A stretch of DNA of 64,000 bases from Barthelona sp. PCE. Its lineage: Eukaryota. The position numbers and the translations under genes are program-made. The DNA is taken from positions 372,001 to 436,000 of the forward strand of contig JAUFOR010000004.1 of NCBI GenBank assembly GCA_040285745.1, written 5' to 3'. The notes beneath the pieces were generated by a model. It made no database searches. It was not told the DNA's origin and worked only from the letters and a program-made list of their open reading frames with translations. Of the stretch, positions 1-8,749 are shown piece after piece. Position 1 is the stretch's first letter, and every line of letters begins with the position of its first letter.

Positions 1-5
1 CTCAC

Positions 6-458
6 ATGCCAAGTGTATACGTGCACCCGCCACTCACTAAGAACGAACTGGTTGATCGCCTTTTAAACACATGTGTTCATCTTATTACCTCAAATACATC
101 CAATACTGGCCGTGTTTTGTTGTTGGCCCCTGCTCACCTCTCTTTTACAACTCCATATGATGGAATTCTACCTGATAATGAAAGAGAACTAACTGCTTTG
201 GATCGTATTGATGTTTATTTTTACGCGAATACAATTTCTTTAACTCAAATTTGTGCTAATCTGAGCTTTTTTAGGATGGAAGAACACAAAAAAGAGATAA
301 TTGCTGTTGTAGCATTCATACCTCTTCCAACACGAAGCTGTCTGGATATGTTGGCTCATACCATTGTTGAATGTTTGCAAAGGTCCTGCCATATGCTCAC
401 AACGGCGACAGGAGCCGTCCCTGAACTTCCTTTCATAACAGTTAAATATTTAACTTGA
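6..458 (+). CDS. hypothetical protein (150 aa; start may lie outside the window); weak resemblance to SWSAP1-like proteins
   Basis: Open ORF whose TGA abuts the stop of the convergent gene at 459. Only the segment ALDRIDVYFYANTISLTQICANL hints at a family. Confidence 0.55.
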   Translation: MPSVYVHPPLTKNELVDRLLNTCVHLITSNTSNTGRVLLLAPAHLSFTTPYDGILPDNERELTALDRIDVYFYANTISLTQICANLSFFRMEEHKKEIIAVVAFIPLPTRSCLDMLAHTIVECLQRSCHMLTTATGAVPELPFITVKYLT

Positions 459-1811
459 TTACCTGCTGTTTTCCTCTACATTCATGTAGACATCCTTGAA
501 TTTATGTTTTTCCTTCATGTTTCGCAACCAGCTCTTGCCGGAAAACCCAACAATGGCACGGAAATAAGGTACTAAGTCAAGGAAAACAGAAGCTATCAAG
601 GTAAAAAGCACCGTCCAAATTGACATCACAAAGAGACTCACACCATTCGACCAATGCCCACTGCGCTGCAAATTGATGACTAAGACGAGTATAAACGGAT
701 GGATGACGTACATTGGAAGAGATGCACGTGTGATAAATCTCTCCGTTTCTCCATGGGATCTCTGAGACAATCCCCAATAAAACATAGAGAATAGGAGTAA
801 AGATATCAACTGCCCGAAGATGGCGTACCTCATTCGTTTATCCACGTCAAAAAATGATGCATATACACCATAAAGGAGTGTAAACGATTCATAATCCTCA
901 TCCCATAAAGGAAAAACAATGGGGAGTAAGAAAAAAACACTCAATAGCAAAAATACCCGTACTTTATATGTAAATTTAGGCTTAATCCTCAAAATGATTG
1001 CAATTTTAACACCAAGACACAAAAGATCGCTAAAACCGAATAATAAATAAAGGATCTTCGGGAGAGCAGAGGGTGTGTCGATTGAGGTGTGGAAGAGTAT
1101 CCTTAGGAAAAGAGAACCACAAAACTGAAGAATTATCGAAAAAGAATCATGCTTTCGATTTTTGAACAAGACAAGGCCAAAAACAAGACAATATTGAAGA
1201 ATAATTGCCACTGATGCAAACACTGGCAGACCTAGCATAAACATTACACTCATAAAAATCGAGTATCCGACGAACTGAATGAAGAACGATCTTCTCAAAC
1301 TTCCTGTAACACGATCAAAAAGTACACGCCATACAAGGGCGACAAGTGGTACAAATATAAGCGTCATGATGTAGAGGATACCAAGAAACCAGAGCCAGTA
1401 GAGGGACTTACACTCTTTTGTGTACCACCATGAAAATGTGAACAAATTTTCTGGTCCATGCTCACCACCACACTCAACACGATCTCTCAATAGAAAACGT
1501 GTTGGAATAACAAAGGCGACGTAACCCCCCAAGAGAGGAACCAATAACCGTAAGAAGCGCTTGAAAAAATACGCCTTGAGGTTTACCAAACGTTTTGTAT
1601 TCATGCTCCACACTAGAGAGCAACCTGCCAAAACAAAGAAAGTGTTCATGCCTGCAGCGTGGCCGTACAGCATTACATTGTTTATGACCTTAAAACAGCC
1701 GCGACAAACCTTAAAATCATCCATTTGTAGGTCAAAGCATCTAAAAACATGCCCTATGATGACCATGAGACATAAAACAAAACGAAGAACGTCAATCCCT
1801 GGATTTCTCAT
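459..1811 (-). CDS. acyltransferase family 3 (OafA/OpgC-like) multi-pass membrane protein
   Basis: N-terminal RNPGIDVLRFVLCLMVIIGH, then FFVLAG, KRFLRLLVP, YWLWFL and SLPMYVIHP motifs with many hydrophobic helices. ATG at 1811 chosen; the ORF is open to 1859. Confidence 0.85.
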   Translation of the reverse strand: MRNPGIDVLRFVLCLMVIIGHVFRCFDLQMDDFKVCRGCFKVINNVMLYGHAAGMNTFFVLAGCSLVWSMNTKRLVNLKAYFFKRFLRLLVPLLGGYVAFVIPTRFLLRDRVECGGEHGPENLFTFSWWYTKECKSLYWLWFLGILYIMTLIFVPLVALVWRVLFDRVTGSLRRSFFIQFVGYSIFMSVMFMLGLPVFASVAIILQYCLVFGLVLFKNRKHDSFSIILQFCGSLFLRILFHTSIDTPSALPKILYLLFGFSDLLCLGVKIAIILRIKPKFTYKVRVFLLLSVFFLLPIVFPLWDEDYESFTLLYGVYASFFDVDKRMRYAIFGQLISLLLFSMFYWGLSQRSHGETERFITRASLPMYVIHPFILVLVINLQRSGHWSNGVSLFVMSIWTVLFTLIASVFLDLVPYFRAIVGFSGKSWLRNMKEKHKFKDVYMNVEENSR

Positions 1812-1991
1812 CCAAATTACAACAATACAGAAATAGTGTGGGAATAAATGTGTTAGCATGTTTCCATCCTTTTTGCACCTGACATAACATCTTTGTCAGT
1901 TTTTGCTTGCTTGTCCAACAATTTATTATCTTGAATAGTTTACTATTTGGTCATACTTTTTTTTTCAACATTCCAACAACATTCACATTCT

Positions 1992-2261
1992 ATGACCAGC
2001 CCATCAAGAGAATTTTTCCGCACTCATATCATGGGCCCAAGAAAGTCGGAGCGTACTTTCCGGGATCTCGAGAAAATCCAAAAAGAAGATGATGCTATTG
2101 TATCTAAAATATCAGTGGACAGATCTGTTTGTGCAATAACTCCGTCCGCTATGGACTCTGATTTGCTTAGAACACCAAATCCTGCACCTAAACTACGCAT
2201 CACACCATCTCTATCAAACGATATCCCAACTTTTGACAGTCCAAAAGGTGTGAAAGAATAG
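1992..2261 (+). CDS. small hypothetical protein (89 aa)
   Basis: ATG-initiated ORF filling the gap between neighbours, hydrophilic, no recognised motif. Confidence 0.45.
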   Translation: MTSPSREFFRTHIMGPRKSERTFRDLEKIQKEDDAIVSKISVDRSVCAITPSAMDSDLLRTPNPAPKLRITPSLSNDIPTFDSPKGVKE

Positions 2262-2304
2262 TTTACATATCATTAATTCTAATAAAATTGCTGGAAAAAA
2301 AGTC

Positions 2305-2868
2305 TCAACGCTGCTGCATTCTAAATCTTTCAGCTTCAAGTGCTCTAAGCTCTTCTTGGGCGCGTCTTTGTGCTTCTTCTTCCCTTTGCTGTTCTCCCAA
2401 TATCAGCGCTTCACTAAAAGCTTCTTGTATTGTTTGCTGTTCATTCAATGCTGCCTCTGCTGCTCTACGAGCTTCTAATTCAGCCTGTTCTGCACGCTCA
2501 CGTGCACGCGCCTCCCTGGCTCTGCGCTCTTCCTGCTCTATTTCTAATGTTGCAGCTTCATAATTGTTCAGACGAACTCGACGCCTTGTTCGGGTAGGTT
2601 GTTGGTGGTCAAGAGGCTGTTGTTGCAGGGGTTCTTGAACAGGAGGCTGTTGTTGCAGGGGTTCTTGAACAGGAGGCTGTTGTTGAGAAACATGAAGTCT
2701 GGCTATTTCTACTTCCAACTCCTTAATTCGTTTGAGACTGTTTTGAACAACCTCCTCTAAAGATGCACACTTGGCATTTAAAACTTTGTTCTCCATCGTC
2801 AATGAGTCCAAAGCGTGTTGTAACTCTAAGCAATCTGAGCATTGAGGTTCTGATGATACTGTGGGCAT
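2305..2868 (-). CDS. coiled-coil protein with Q/P-rich repeat
   Basis: 187-aa ORF with a heptad-rich N-terminus, QQQPPVQEPL repeats and an E/R/A-rich C-terminal helix. Confidence 0.7.
   Translation of the reverse strand: MPTVSSEPQCSDCLELQHALDSLTMENKVLNAKCASLEEVVQNSLKRIKELEVEIARLHVSQQQPPVQEPLQQQPPVQEPLQQQPLDHQQPTRTRRRVRLNNYEAATLEIEQEERRAREARARERAEQAELEARRAAEAALNEQQTIQEAFSEALILGEQQREEEAQRRAQEELRALEAERFRMQQR
2613..2685. repeat. 30-bp coding tandem repeat (about 2.4 copies)
   Basis: gaggctgttgttgcaggggttcttgaacag occurs twice exactly plus a partial third copy, and encodes QQQPPVQEPL. Confidence 0.9.
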
Positions 2869-3214
2869 TTTTAAGAAATTTTGACGTGTAAAAAATATTG
2901 TATAAAAGATAACAAGACCTGAATATCAAATAAATGTAAATTTGTTCGTGAAAAAGAGCAAACTTACTAAAGCAAATGTTTTGCAAAAACAAAACAGCCA
3001 CCGACCAACGATTGGAAGTATTGGTCCACAGTATGCATGACATATTTGAATAAAACCTTATAATGCTGAAAACTATGCTCACTTAAACATAATTGCAATG
3101 AACCCTGCATCAATGGTACCATGCTCTTGTACGACTATTTTTAGCTCCTTACAAATTCTAAAGCGTGTGGGAACTTCCTGCTATCACATTTTGTATATTA
3201 AATAGGCGTGCAGC

Positions 3215-3880
3215 ATGATTTGGCCGAACACAACATGGGCATTGGATTATTATGGTCTCCTCTTGCACCTCTCATTCATCACTTCAGCAGCATGCTACAT
3301 CATACCATTAATTTTGTTAATTTTACAATCTTGTCCACGCTCATCCAACCGTTTATCAAAGTGTTTGGGTGCTAGGGCAGCTTTCTACGTTTTTGCAACA
3401 ATACAATTGACACTATGGGTGTTCACATATCTTTTTTTTGTATTACTACAATTCACACTTAGCAATCACACAGAACTATGGCTTGGACAACCCAAATACT
3501 TACAGTTCTTTGTCTTCCCTGTTATTTTTGTTGCTGGACTCGTCGTGAGCACATGGGCTTATGAAATCTTAGGTCTTCAGCAAAGTATGTGTTTGAATCA
3601 TTTTGTAACCAGAAATACCATTAAGCATAGTAACTGGGCGCTCAAAAAATCCCTTCAAGTCAAATTTTCAACGCACTGGATTTTTAAACACTTCCATGCT
3701 CCTCAAGAAAGTGGATATATTGTCATGCTTATTACGTGGGCTTTTATCTCAAATTCTGTTCAAAATGCACTCTTTGCGCTAATGAATATGATTTTAATGC
3801 TTATTTTCAGGCCATTCGAAGATATTCCTTTATCTGTTTTGAAAGAGGAAAAAATTATGAGTGATGCTCTCATTCAGTAA
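3215..3880 (+). CDS. integral membrane protein, possibly a divergent PEMT/ICMT methyltransferase-fold member
   Basis: 4-5 hydrophobic helices. STHWIFKHFHAPQESG loosely parallels the family's T-G-x-Y-x-x-x-R-H-P-x-Y-x-G motif. Confidence 0.5.
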   Translation: MIWPNTTWALDYYGLLLHLSFITSAACYIIPLILLILQSCPRSSNRLSKCLGARAAFYVFATIQLTLWVFTYLFFVLLQFTLSNHTELWLGQPKYLQFFVFPVIFVAGLVVSTWAYEILGLQQSMCLNHFVTRNTIKHSNWALKKSLQVKFSTHWIFKHFHAPQESGYIVMLITWAFISNSVQNALFALMNMILMLIFRPFEDIPLSVLKEEKIMSDALIQ

Positions 3881-4282
3881 ATATGACTGCACAAGGGCTG
3901 AGTTCTCTCGGATACATGCATGTTTACTGACAGATATCTAGTTGGATGGCGTGAATAAGTTCCTAAGATCGAGGTCGGGTAATTGAGTTCCCACCCCATA
4001 AAAAATAGTAAAAAAGAGAAATCCGGAATAAATGACGTAATTCGGACAGCACATTCATGAGTCACAGATTCACTCTGCCATGAGTTCCGTCAACCACATG
4101 CTTCCATCATTCAACAACACTCCGAAAAAAAGCTTTCTATCAGGATTCGAATTGAATACCTTCGCTTTCAACCAATTTTCAAAAAAAAACCTTACCGATC
4201 CAGCTCTGACGATAGAGAAATGACCTTTTACAAAATAAGTATAGAAAGCACACTGTAGTGTGCAAAAGAAAATGGTAAAAAG

Positions 4283-4356
4283 CTCCTCCACGGGGAATCG
4301 AACCCCGGTCGTCAGAGTGAAAACCTGAAATCATAAAACCACTAAACTATGGAGGA
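4283..4356 (-). tRNA. tRNA-Glu(UUC), copy 1
   Basis: Acceptor stem TCCTCCA/TGGAGGA, anticodon arm TCAGG-TT TTC AC-TCTGA, T arm CGGGG-TTCGATT-CCCCG, followed by a T5 Pol III terminator. Confidence 0.95.
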
Positions 4357-4431
4357 TATGAACAGAAATTTGTCAATTGAAATACAAGCATAAGTGCTCA
4401 CCTGCCTTCAAATTGCAAGGAAAATAAAAGC

Positions 4432-4503
4432 TTCCCCCACCAAGAATTGAACTTGGGACCTTCTCATTACTAGTGAGATGTTGTACCACTCAACTATAGG
4501 GGA
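4432..4503 (-). tRNA. tRNA-Thr(AGU)
   Basis: Acceptor stem TCCCCTA/TGGGGGA, D arm GTTG-AGTGGTA-CAAC, anticodon arm TCTCA-CT AGT AA-TGAGA, T arm CCAAG-TTCAATT-CTTGG, with a T run downstream. Confidence 0.93.
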
Positions 4504-4585
4504 GTTGTGTATTCGAAAATCTACATAACAAAAATTATTTATTAGTAATAACTAAACGTAGTTTTGATAATAAATTAGTAAAAAG

Positions 4586-4659
4586 CTCCTCCACGGGGAA
4601 TCGAACCCCGGTCGTCAGAGTGAAAACCTGAAATCATAAAACCACTAAACTATGGAGGA
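4586..4659 (-). tRNA. tRNA-Glu(UUC), copy 2
   Basis: Identical to 4283-4356. Confidence 0.95.
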
Positions 4660-5053
4660 TATGAGCAGAAATTTGCCAACTGAAATACAAACATATGGCT
4701 CTAAAATATCGGAATACTAAAAATGGTTCTCATCAGCTTATGGATGAATTGTATTTTTAATTACATCTACGACATTTTTATGGTGCTCCCTCTTTATGCC
4801 AAAATTTATTAGTGTCTCCTGCAAAAAAAAATTTTTATTTTTTATTTAAGTTATTTATAATTTTAAAGTATGAAAAACATTTAAAAATAGTAAAGTTACC
4901 CACAACATAAAAGTAATAAGTATGTTATATTAAATGTAAATGATATATTTTTTACTTTGGCATACCCTATATAATTAGATAGATTTTAGCTTGAAGAAGC
5001 ATCATTAATTATCAATACAAGTAAACAATAAACACTATTAAAATACAAAATAT

Positions 5054-6970
5054 TTACAAAACAGAAGCCATCATCGTCCAGCGCATTCCATTTTTTTTTC
5101 CACCTACCTTAGGATAGCTTCTTGTACGCAAATCTAGAGAGTTTAATAGGTTAGGGCAAATAGAATCGACTTCAATAATAGTTGGATTATGTTCTTGCAT
5201 TGCTTTTTCAATATTTAAACTACTCTCAATTGTTTCAACACTCATGAGATCTTCACTTATAACATACTTCACGATATTCATTTCATAATTGGAGATCATG
5301 GGATTATATTGAATAACTTCTCTTGGGTGTACACAAACTAAACTCGATGATATTTTTTCTTGTTGAATGCTAATATCATCACGAACAAGCACAGGTACAC
5401 CATCCTCGATTGAATATAGACTCATTTTGTTATCATAAGTATGGATTAATGAATTTTCATCAACAAAGATTACATCGATTCCTGGCACTTGTTCAGTTTG
5501 CAACTCAGGACCATCTATAGTCCATAACGCCGACACCCCGGCACCGGTAACGATGGCCTGGCTACCACAGAACCTATTAACATTAACTGTTGGGTATACA
5601 TCCTCGCCAATTTCAACACACATAACTGAGTCCAGCTCACCATCATTGAGGGAAACGATCCTTACATCGGACTTGGTGCATATCCATATGAAATCACCAC
5701 CCCACATCACACTATAGATCTCATCTTCAACATTAATAATGTCATTATTAATAGCAAATCTATGCTCGGTGTAAGACAGCGTTGTTTTGTTATTGAAAGC
5801 GATTTTTCCCTCACAAATAGCATTGATTCTCAACTGTTTACCATCTTGAAAAATTAGTGTGCTTTCATCTTTTTCTAAACCATAAAAAAGATCAAGGCAC
5901 TCATCACCATATATGGGGGAAAGAACTGTGAGTTTCCCCTTGGTACTGTCTTTGCTATTAACAACAAAAATTGTGAAATTTGGAGTTGATGAAAATATAT
6001 TAACGAAAATAACAAATTCAAATCCATAAAGAACAGGATATTCTGTTCTATTTGAACGAAAAGAACATATGCGATTCTCAACCGGTATAGAAAACAAAGC
6101 ATTAGTGAAAAAATTGATTTTTCCAGGGACCATTTGGTCGCGGTATACAAAATATAACTCATCATCATGAAAAACAATGTCGGTGCATCGAGTTGCCCCG
6201 ATATCATGGATCAACCCATGGGTTTTCATGTCCCATGCCAACATACGGGAGAACTCATCGCAAAAGTACACGGTATCGTCCAGTTGAGCGCATACTGTCG
6301 GTTGGTAGTTTGCAGGGAGATCTGGAGCACCTTCAATAATTTCCTCACGTAAGCGTCCACCAACAATACTTACACGTTTAACACAATCCTCAAAAAAGAA
6401 AAAGCGGGTCGGATAACGTTCCGTAATAACGTCAGCGCTACACAAGTGACCGAATAGATCGCATGAGACGGGTATTAAGGCGCACTGCTCGGCATCTGGT
6501 ATTAACACAAACCACTCGTTGTTATCACGATATCCACAGTAAAATGAGTAGTATACACTCTCTTCATGAAGCTTTTCAAGCCTGAATTCAGTGTGTGAAT
6601 GGAAGTTTGAACGCTTAGTTTCAGTATCGTAAAGAATATATCCATCATCATTATCAGCATATTTTAGGGTAAATCGATCACCAATGAACATGAACCAGTC
6701 AAACTCGTGAGAAACACTGGATTCTTTTGTGTATTGCTCCTCAAAATCTGTACCATTGAAGGAGGAATATGAGAGGGTTGATCTTGACGCATGAGAAACC
6801 CATTTGGCGTTATCGTCCACCATTGAGGTGTAAGACAACCGAAACAAATTATAAATTGGTATTTTAGTGATTGCTCGGTCATAGTCGAGCTCTATGCTGA
6901 ATTTTGGATTCCCTGAAAATTCATTGGTACTAAACACCGTTACATCGGCTGATTTAGAGAATTCTAGCAT
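5054..6970 (-). CDS. hypothetical protein (638 aa), beta-strand-rich, possibly a beta-propeller
   Basis: Long ORF of short hydrophobic strands and acidic turns. First ATG is at 6970; the track's upstream TTG start lies inside the transposon TIR. Confidence 0.7.
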   Translation of the reverse strand: MLEFSKSADVTVFSTNEFSGNPKFSIELDYDRAITKIPIYNLFRLSYTSMVDDNAKWVSHASRSTLSYSSFNGTDFEEQYTKESSVSHEFDWFMFIGDRFTLKYADNDDGYILYDTETKRSNFHSHTEFRLEKLHEESVYYSFYCGYRDNNEWFVLIPDAEQCALIPVSCDLFGHLCSADVITERYPTRFFFFEDCVKRVSIVGGRLREEIIEGAPDLPANYQPTVCAQLDDTVYFCDEFSRMLAWDMKTHGLIHDIGATRCTDIVFHDDELYFVYRDQMVPGKINFFTNALFSIPVENRICSFRSNRTEYPVLYGFEFVIFVNIFSSTPNFTIFVVNSKDSTKGKLTVLSPIYGDECLDLFYGLEKDESTLIFQDGKQLRINAICEGKIAFNNKTTLSYTEHRFAINNDIINVEDEIYSVMWGGDFIWICTKSDVRIVSLNDGELDSVMCVEIGEDVYPTVNVNRFCGSQAIVTGAGVSALWTIDGPELQTEQVPGIDVIFVDENSLIHTYDNKMSLYSIEDGVPVLVRDDISIQQEKISSSLVCVHPREVIQYNPMISNYEMNIVKYVISEDLMSVETIESSLNIEKAMQEHNPTIIEVDSICPNLLNSLDLRTRSYPKVGGKKNGMRWTMMASVL

Positions 6971-6995
6971 TTGAAAGATGTAAAATAGAATGAAG

Positions 6996-7050
6996 TAGAC
7001 ATGGAGCAAGCAGACTGTACACTAGGGGGGTGGAAAGGTTAATGGCATGA
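6996..7050. repeat. left terminal inverted repeat
   Basis: TAGACATGGAGCAAGCAGACTGTACACTAGGGGGGTGGAAAGGTTAATGGCATGA. Confidence 0.95.
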
Positions 7051-7297
7051 GGAGACGGATCCAAACTATTAACGTTGTCATTGTAAAAGCATAAAAGAAA
7101 AAAAATTTGGCAGTAGTTGGTTGGCAGCAGTTGTTCCGCTTTCTACTACCGAAATTTTCCAGTACAAATTTACAAACATATCGCAATATTAGAGTGCTCA
7201 GAAATACATGTGAAAGCTTTCATGTACCTTGTGAACCAGATACCCTACAATAAATCCACAAAAATGTTTCTCCATCATAAAAATGAAAAAATTGAAA

Positions 7298-8605
7298 TTA
7301 GATAGTCTTCACTATTTCTTTCAGTTCATCATACGTAATCCTTGGGACTGCAGAAGCTTCATTTAATAAAAACCAATTAAAACGTATATGAGTTGATAAT
7401 TTGGTTTGATTCTTGGAATGCAGTCTTTTTAACATAGAAAATTCACGCTCAACTCCAGAATTGCTGGCAGATGCACTGCTGTGTTGTCTAATTATAGCTC
7501 GGAAACCGGGTAAACCCTCCACAGATTCGTGGGTGTGGCCATGAACAAGTGCTGCACGAACATCTCTTTCTCTAATACCTGTATCACTGAAATCGAACTC
7601 ATCGGCCACCCTTTGAGCACTTAAAGGGGGCTCACGCACACTTTGGGCACTTTGAGATAGTTCACTCTCCATACGATTGGAATAACTGCGACTAGGACTG
7701 AGAAAGCTTGTCAATAATGGTGGTCTCACATTTGTTTGGGGTTCTACTTCTGGTGTATAGCGCATTACGACCTTCTTTCGATCTTCATTGGATGGTGAAA
7801 AGTCTAAATAGTAATTGGTACAAAGAATCGAAATTATATACCCCACTAACCCTCTATACAACACAGGATCATAAAAATCTTTTGCCATATTAACATAAAC
7901 GTGATCACTAATAAGATGTATTGCGGGATAATCACTTGCACAGCGCTTGAACTTGGTGGGTAAAAATGAAAAAACCATCATACCTTTTAGTCTTACAAGT
8001 TCCTTCTCTGTAACCTCAACTAAACCTGCTCTGTTAATATTGGGTATCTTTGCATCAACATACAGTTCGTATAATTCTTCCTTCAAACAACTCTTTCGGG
8101 GTTTATCATTTGTGATATCTTTAACCTCCATATTATGATCCTGGAGCTCAACAGTGCTTAAATCTGAGAGAAGAAAAGCCACCAAAGGTTCGGGCATGAT
8201 GAGGAATTTGCAAAAATAATGACGAACATACTCAAAAAGACCATCATGGTATATTGTAGCAAGGCTTGTTGCATTTCTAACCTTGAAATCTGAGCGCCAC
8301 TTTCGCAATTCAAGTAAAAGTATGGAAACTTGGAAATATGATTGTAAAACTGAAAAATCATTCTTACTGCTCATATGTTGAATGAAGATCATACGAGAAT
8401 AAGTAGAAAAATAATTCCTTGCCAATACCCACATATCAGGGCCCAGAGAAAATTCATGAGGCTGCTTATTCCCATCCTTCATGGCCTCATAAAAAGGAGA
8501 AAGAAAATGCCGATAATGATCCTCGTCACAAACAGTATTATTGCTCTTTAACATCCGCTTAATCTCCAAATCCTTACCTTCGTGGTACTTCAGACGAAGA
8601 AACAT
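7298..8605 (-). CDS. hAT-like transposase, C-terminal portion (435 aa)
   Basis: SASASNSGVEREFSMLKRLHSKNQTKLS matches the hAT C-terminal S-x-x-x-E-R-x-F-S motif. FLSPFYEAM resembles an insertion-domain helix. No BED finger or first catalytic Asp residues seen. Confidence 0.7.
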   Translation of the reverse strand: MFLRLKYHEGKDLEIKRMLKSNNTVCDEDHYRHFLSPFYEAMKDGNKQPHEFSLGPDMWVLARNYFSTYSRMIFIQHMSSKNDFSVLQSYFQVSILLLELRKWRSDFKVRNATSLATIYHDGLFEYVRHYFCKFLIMPEPLVAFLLSDLSTVELQDHNMEVKDITNDKPRKSCLKEELYELYVDAKIPNINRAGLVEVTEKELVRLKGMMVFSFLPTKFKRCASDYPAIHLISDHVYVNMAKDFYDPVLYRGLVGYIISILCTNYYLDFSPSNEDRKKVVMRYTPEVEPQTNVRPPLLTSFLSPSRSYSNRMESELSQSAQSVREPPLSAQRVADEFDFSDTGIRERDVRAALVHGHTHESVEGLPGFRAIIRQHSSASASNSGVEREFSMLKRLHSKNQTKLSTHIRFNWFLLNEASAVPRITYDELKEIVKTI

Positions 8606-8672
8606 ATCAGTGATATTAAAATGAGACCATGTTATTGCAAAATCATCAGGAATTGTAGTGTGGGGTGGTTGA

Positions 8673-8727
8673 TCATACCATTAACCTTTCCACCCCCCTA
8701 GTGTGAAGTCTGCTTGCTCCATGTCTG
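8673..8727. repeat. right terminal inverted repeat
   Basis: Reverse complement reads CAGACATGGAGCAAGCAGACTTCACACTAGGGGGGTGGAAAGGTTAATGGTATGA. Confidence 0.95.
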
Positions 8728-8749
8728 GAATGAAGCAACAATTTATTAC

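Larger units (their letters stand above)
4275..4695. repeat. 118-bp direct duplication (4275-4392 and 4578-4695) of tRNA-Glu plus 5' flank
   Basis: The tRNA bodies are identical. The four mismatches all lie in the 36-bp upstream flank. Confidence 0.9.
6996..8727 (-). mobile_element. hAT-superfamily DNA transposon, 1732 bp, probably internally deleted
   Basis: 55-bp TIRs (6996-7050 and 8673-8727, 51/55 identical, ends TAG/CAG), a perfect 8-bp TSD GAATGAAG (6988-6995 and 8728-8735), and an internal ORF with the hAT C-terminal motif. Confidence 0.9.

Noticed and set aside
3874..3930. SECIS element after the 3215-3880 gene
   Set aside because: No properly spaced UGA/GA quartet with an 11-12 bp helix and apical AA, and the gene has no in-frame TGA.
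3962..4226. U2-like CTAAGATC and U6-like GATAGAGAA fragments
   Set aside because: The GTGTAGTA branch-pairing region, the ACAGAGA box and the AGC triad are absent.
7023..8700. Element boundary at the inner TAGGGGGG...CCCCCCTA
   Set aside because: The flanks there are inverted rather than direct repeats. The true 8-bp TSD lies at 6988-6995 and 8728-8735.
8681..8722. ATG in the right TIR in frame with the transposase (MEQADFTLGGWKG-stop), suggesting read-through or splicing from a GTATGA in the TIR
   Set aside because: The TAA is present in both TIRs, the frame match has a 1-in-3 chance, and no acceptor matching this genome's intron motif follows.
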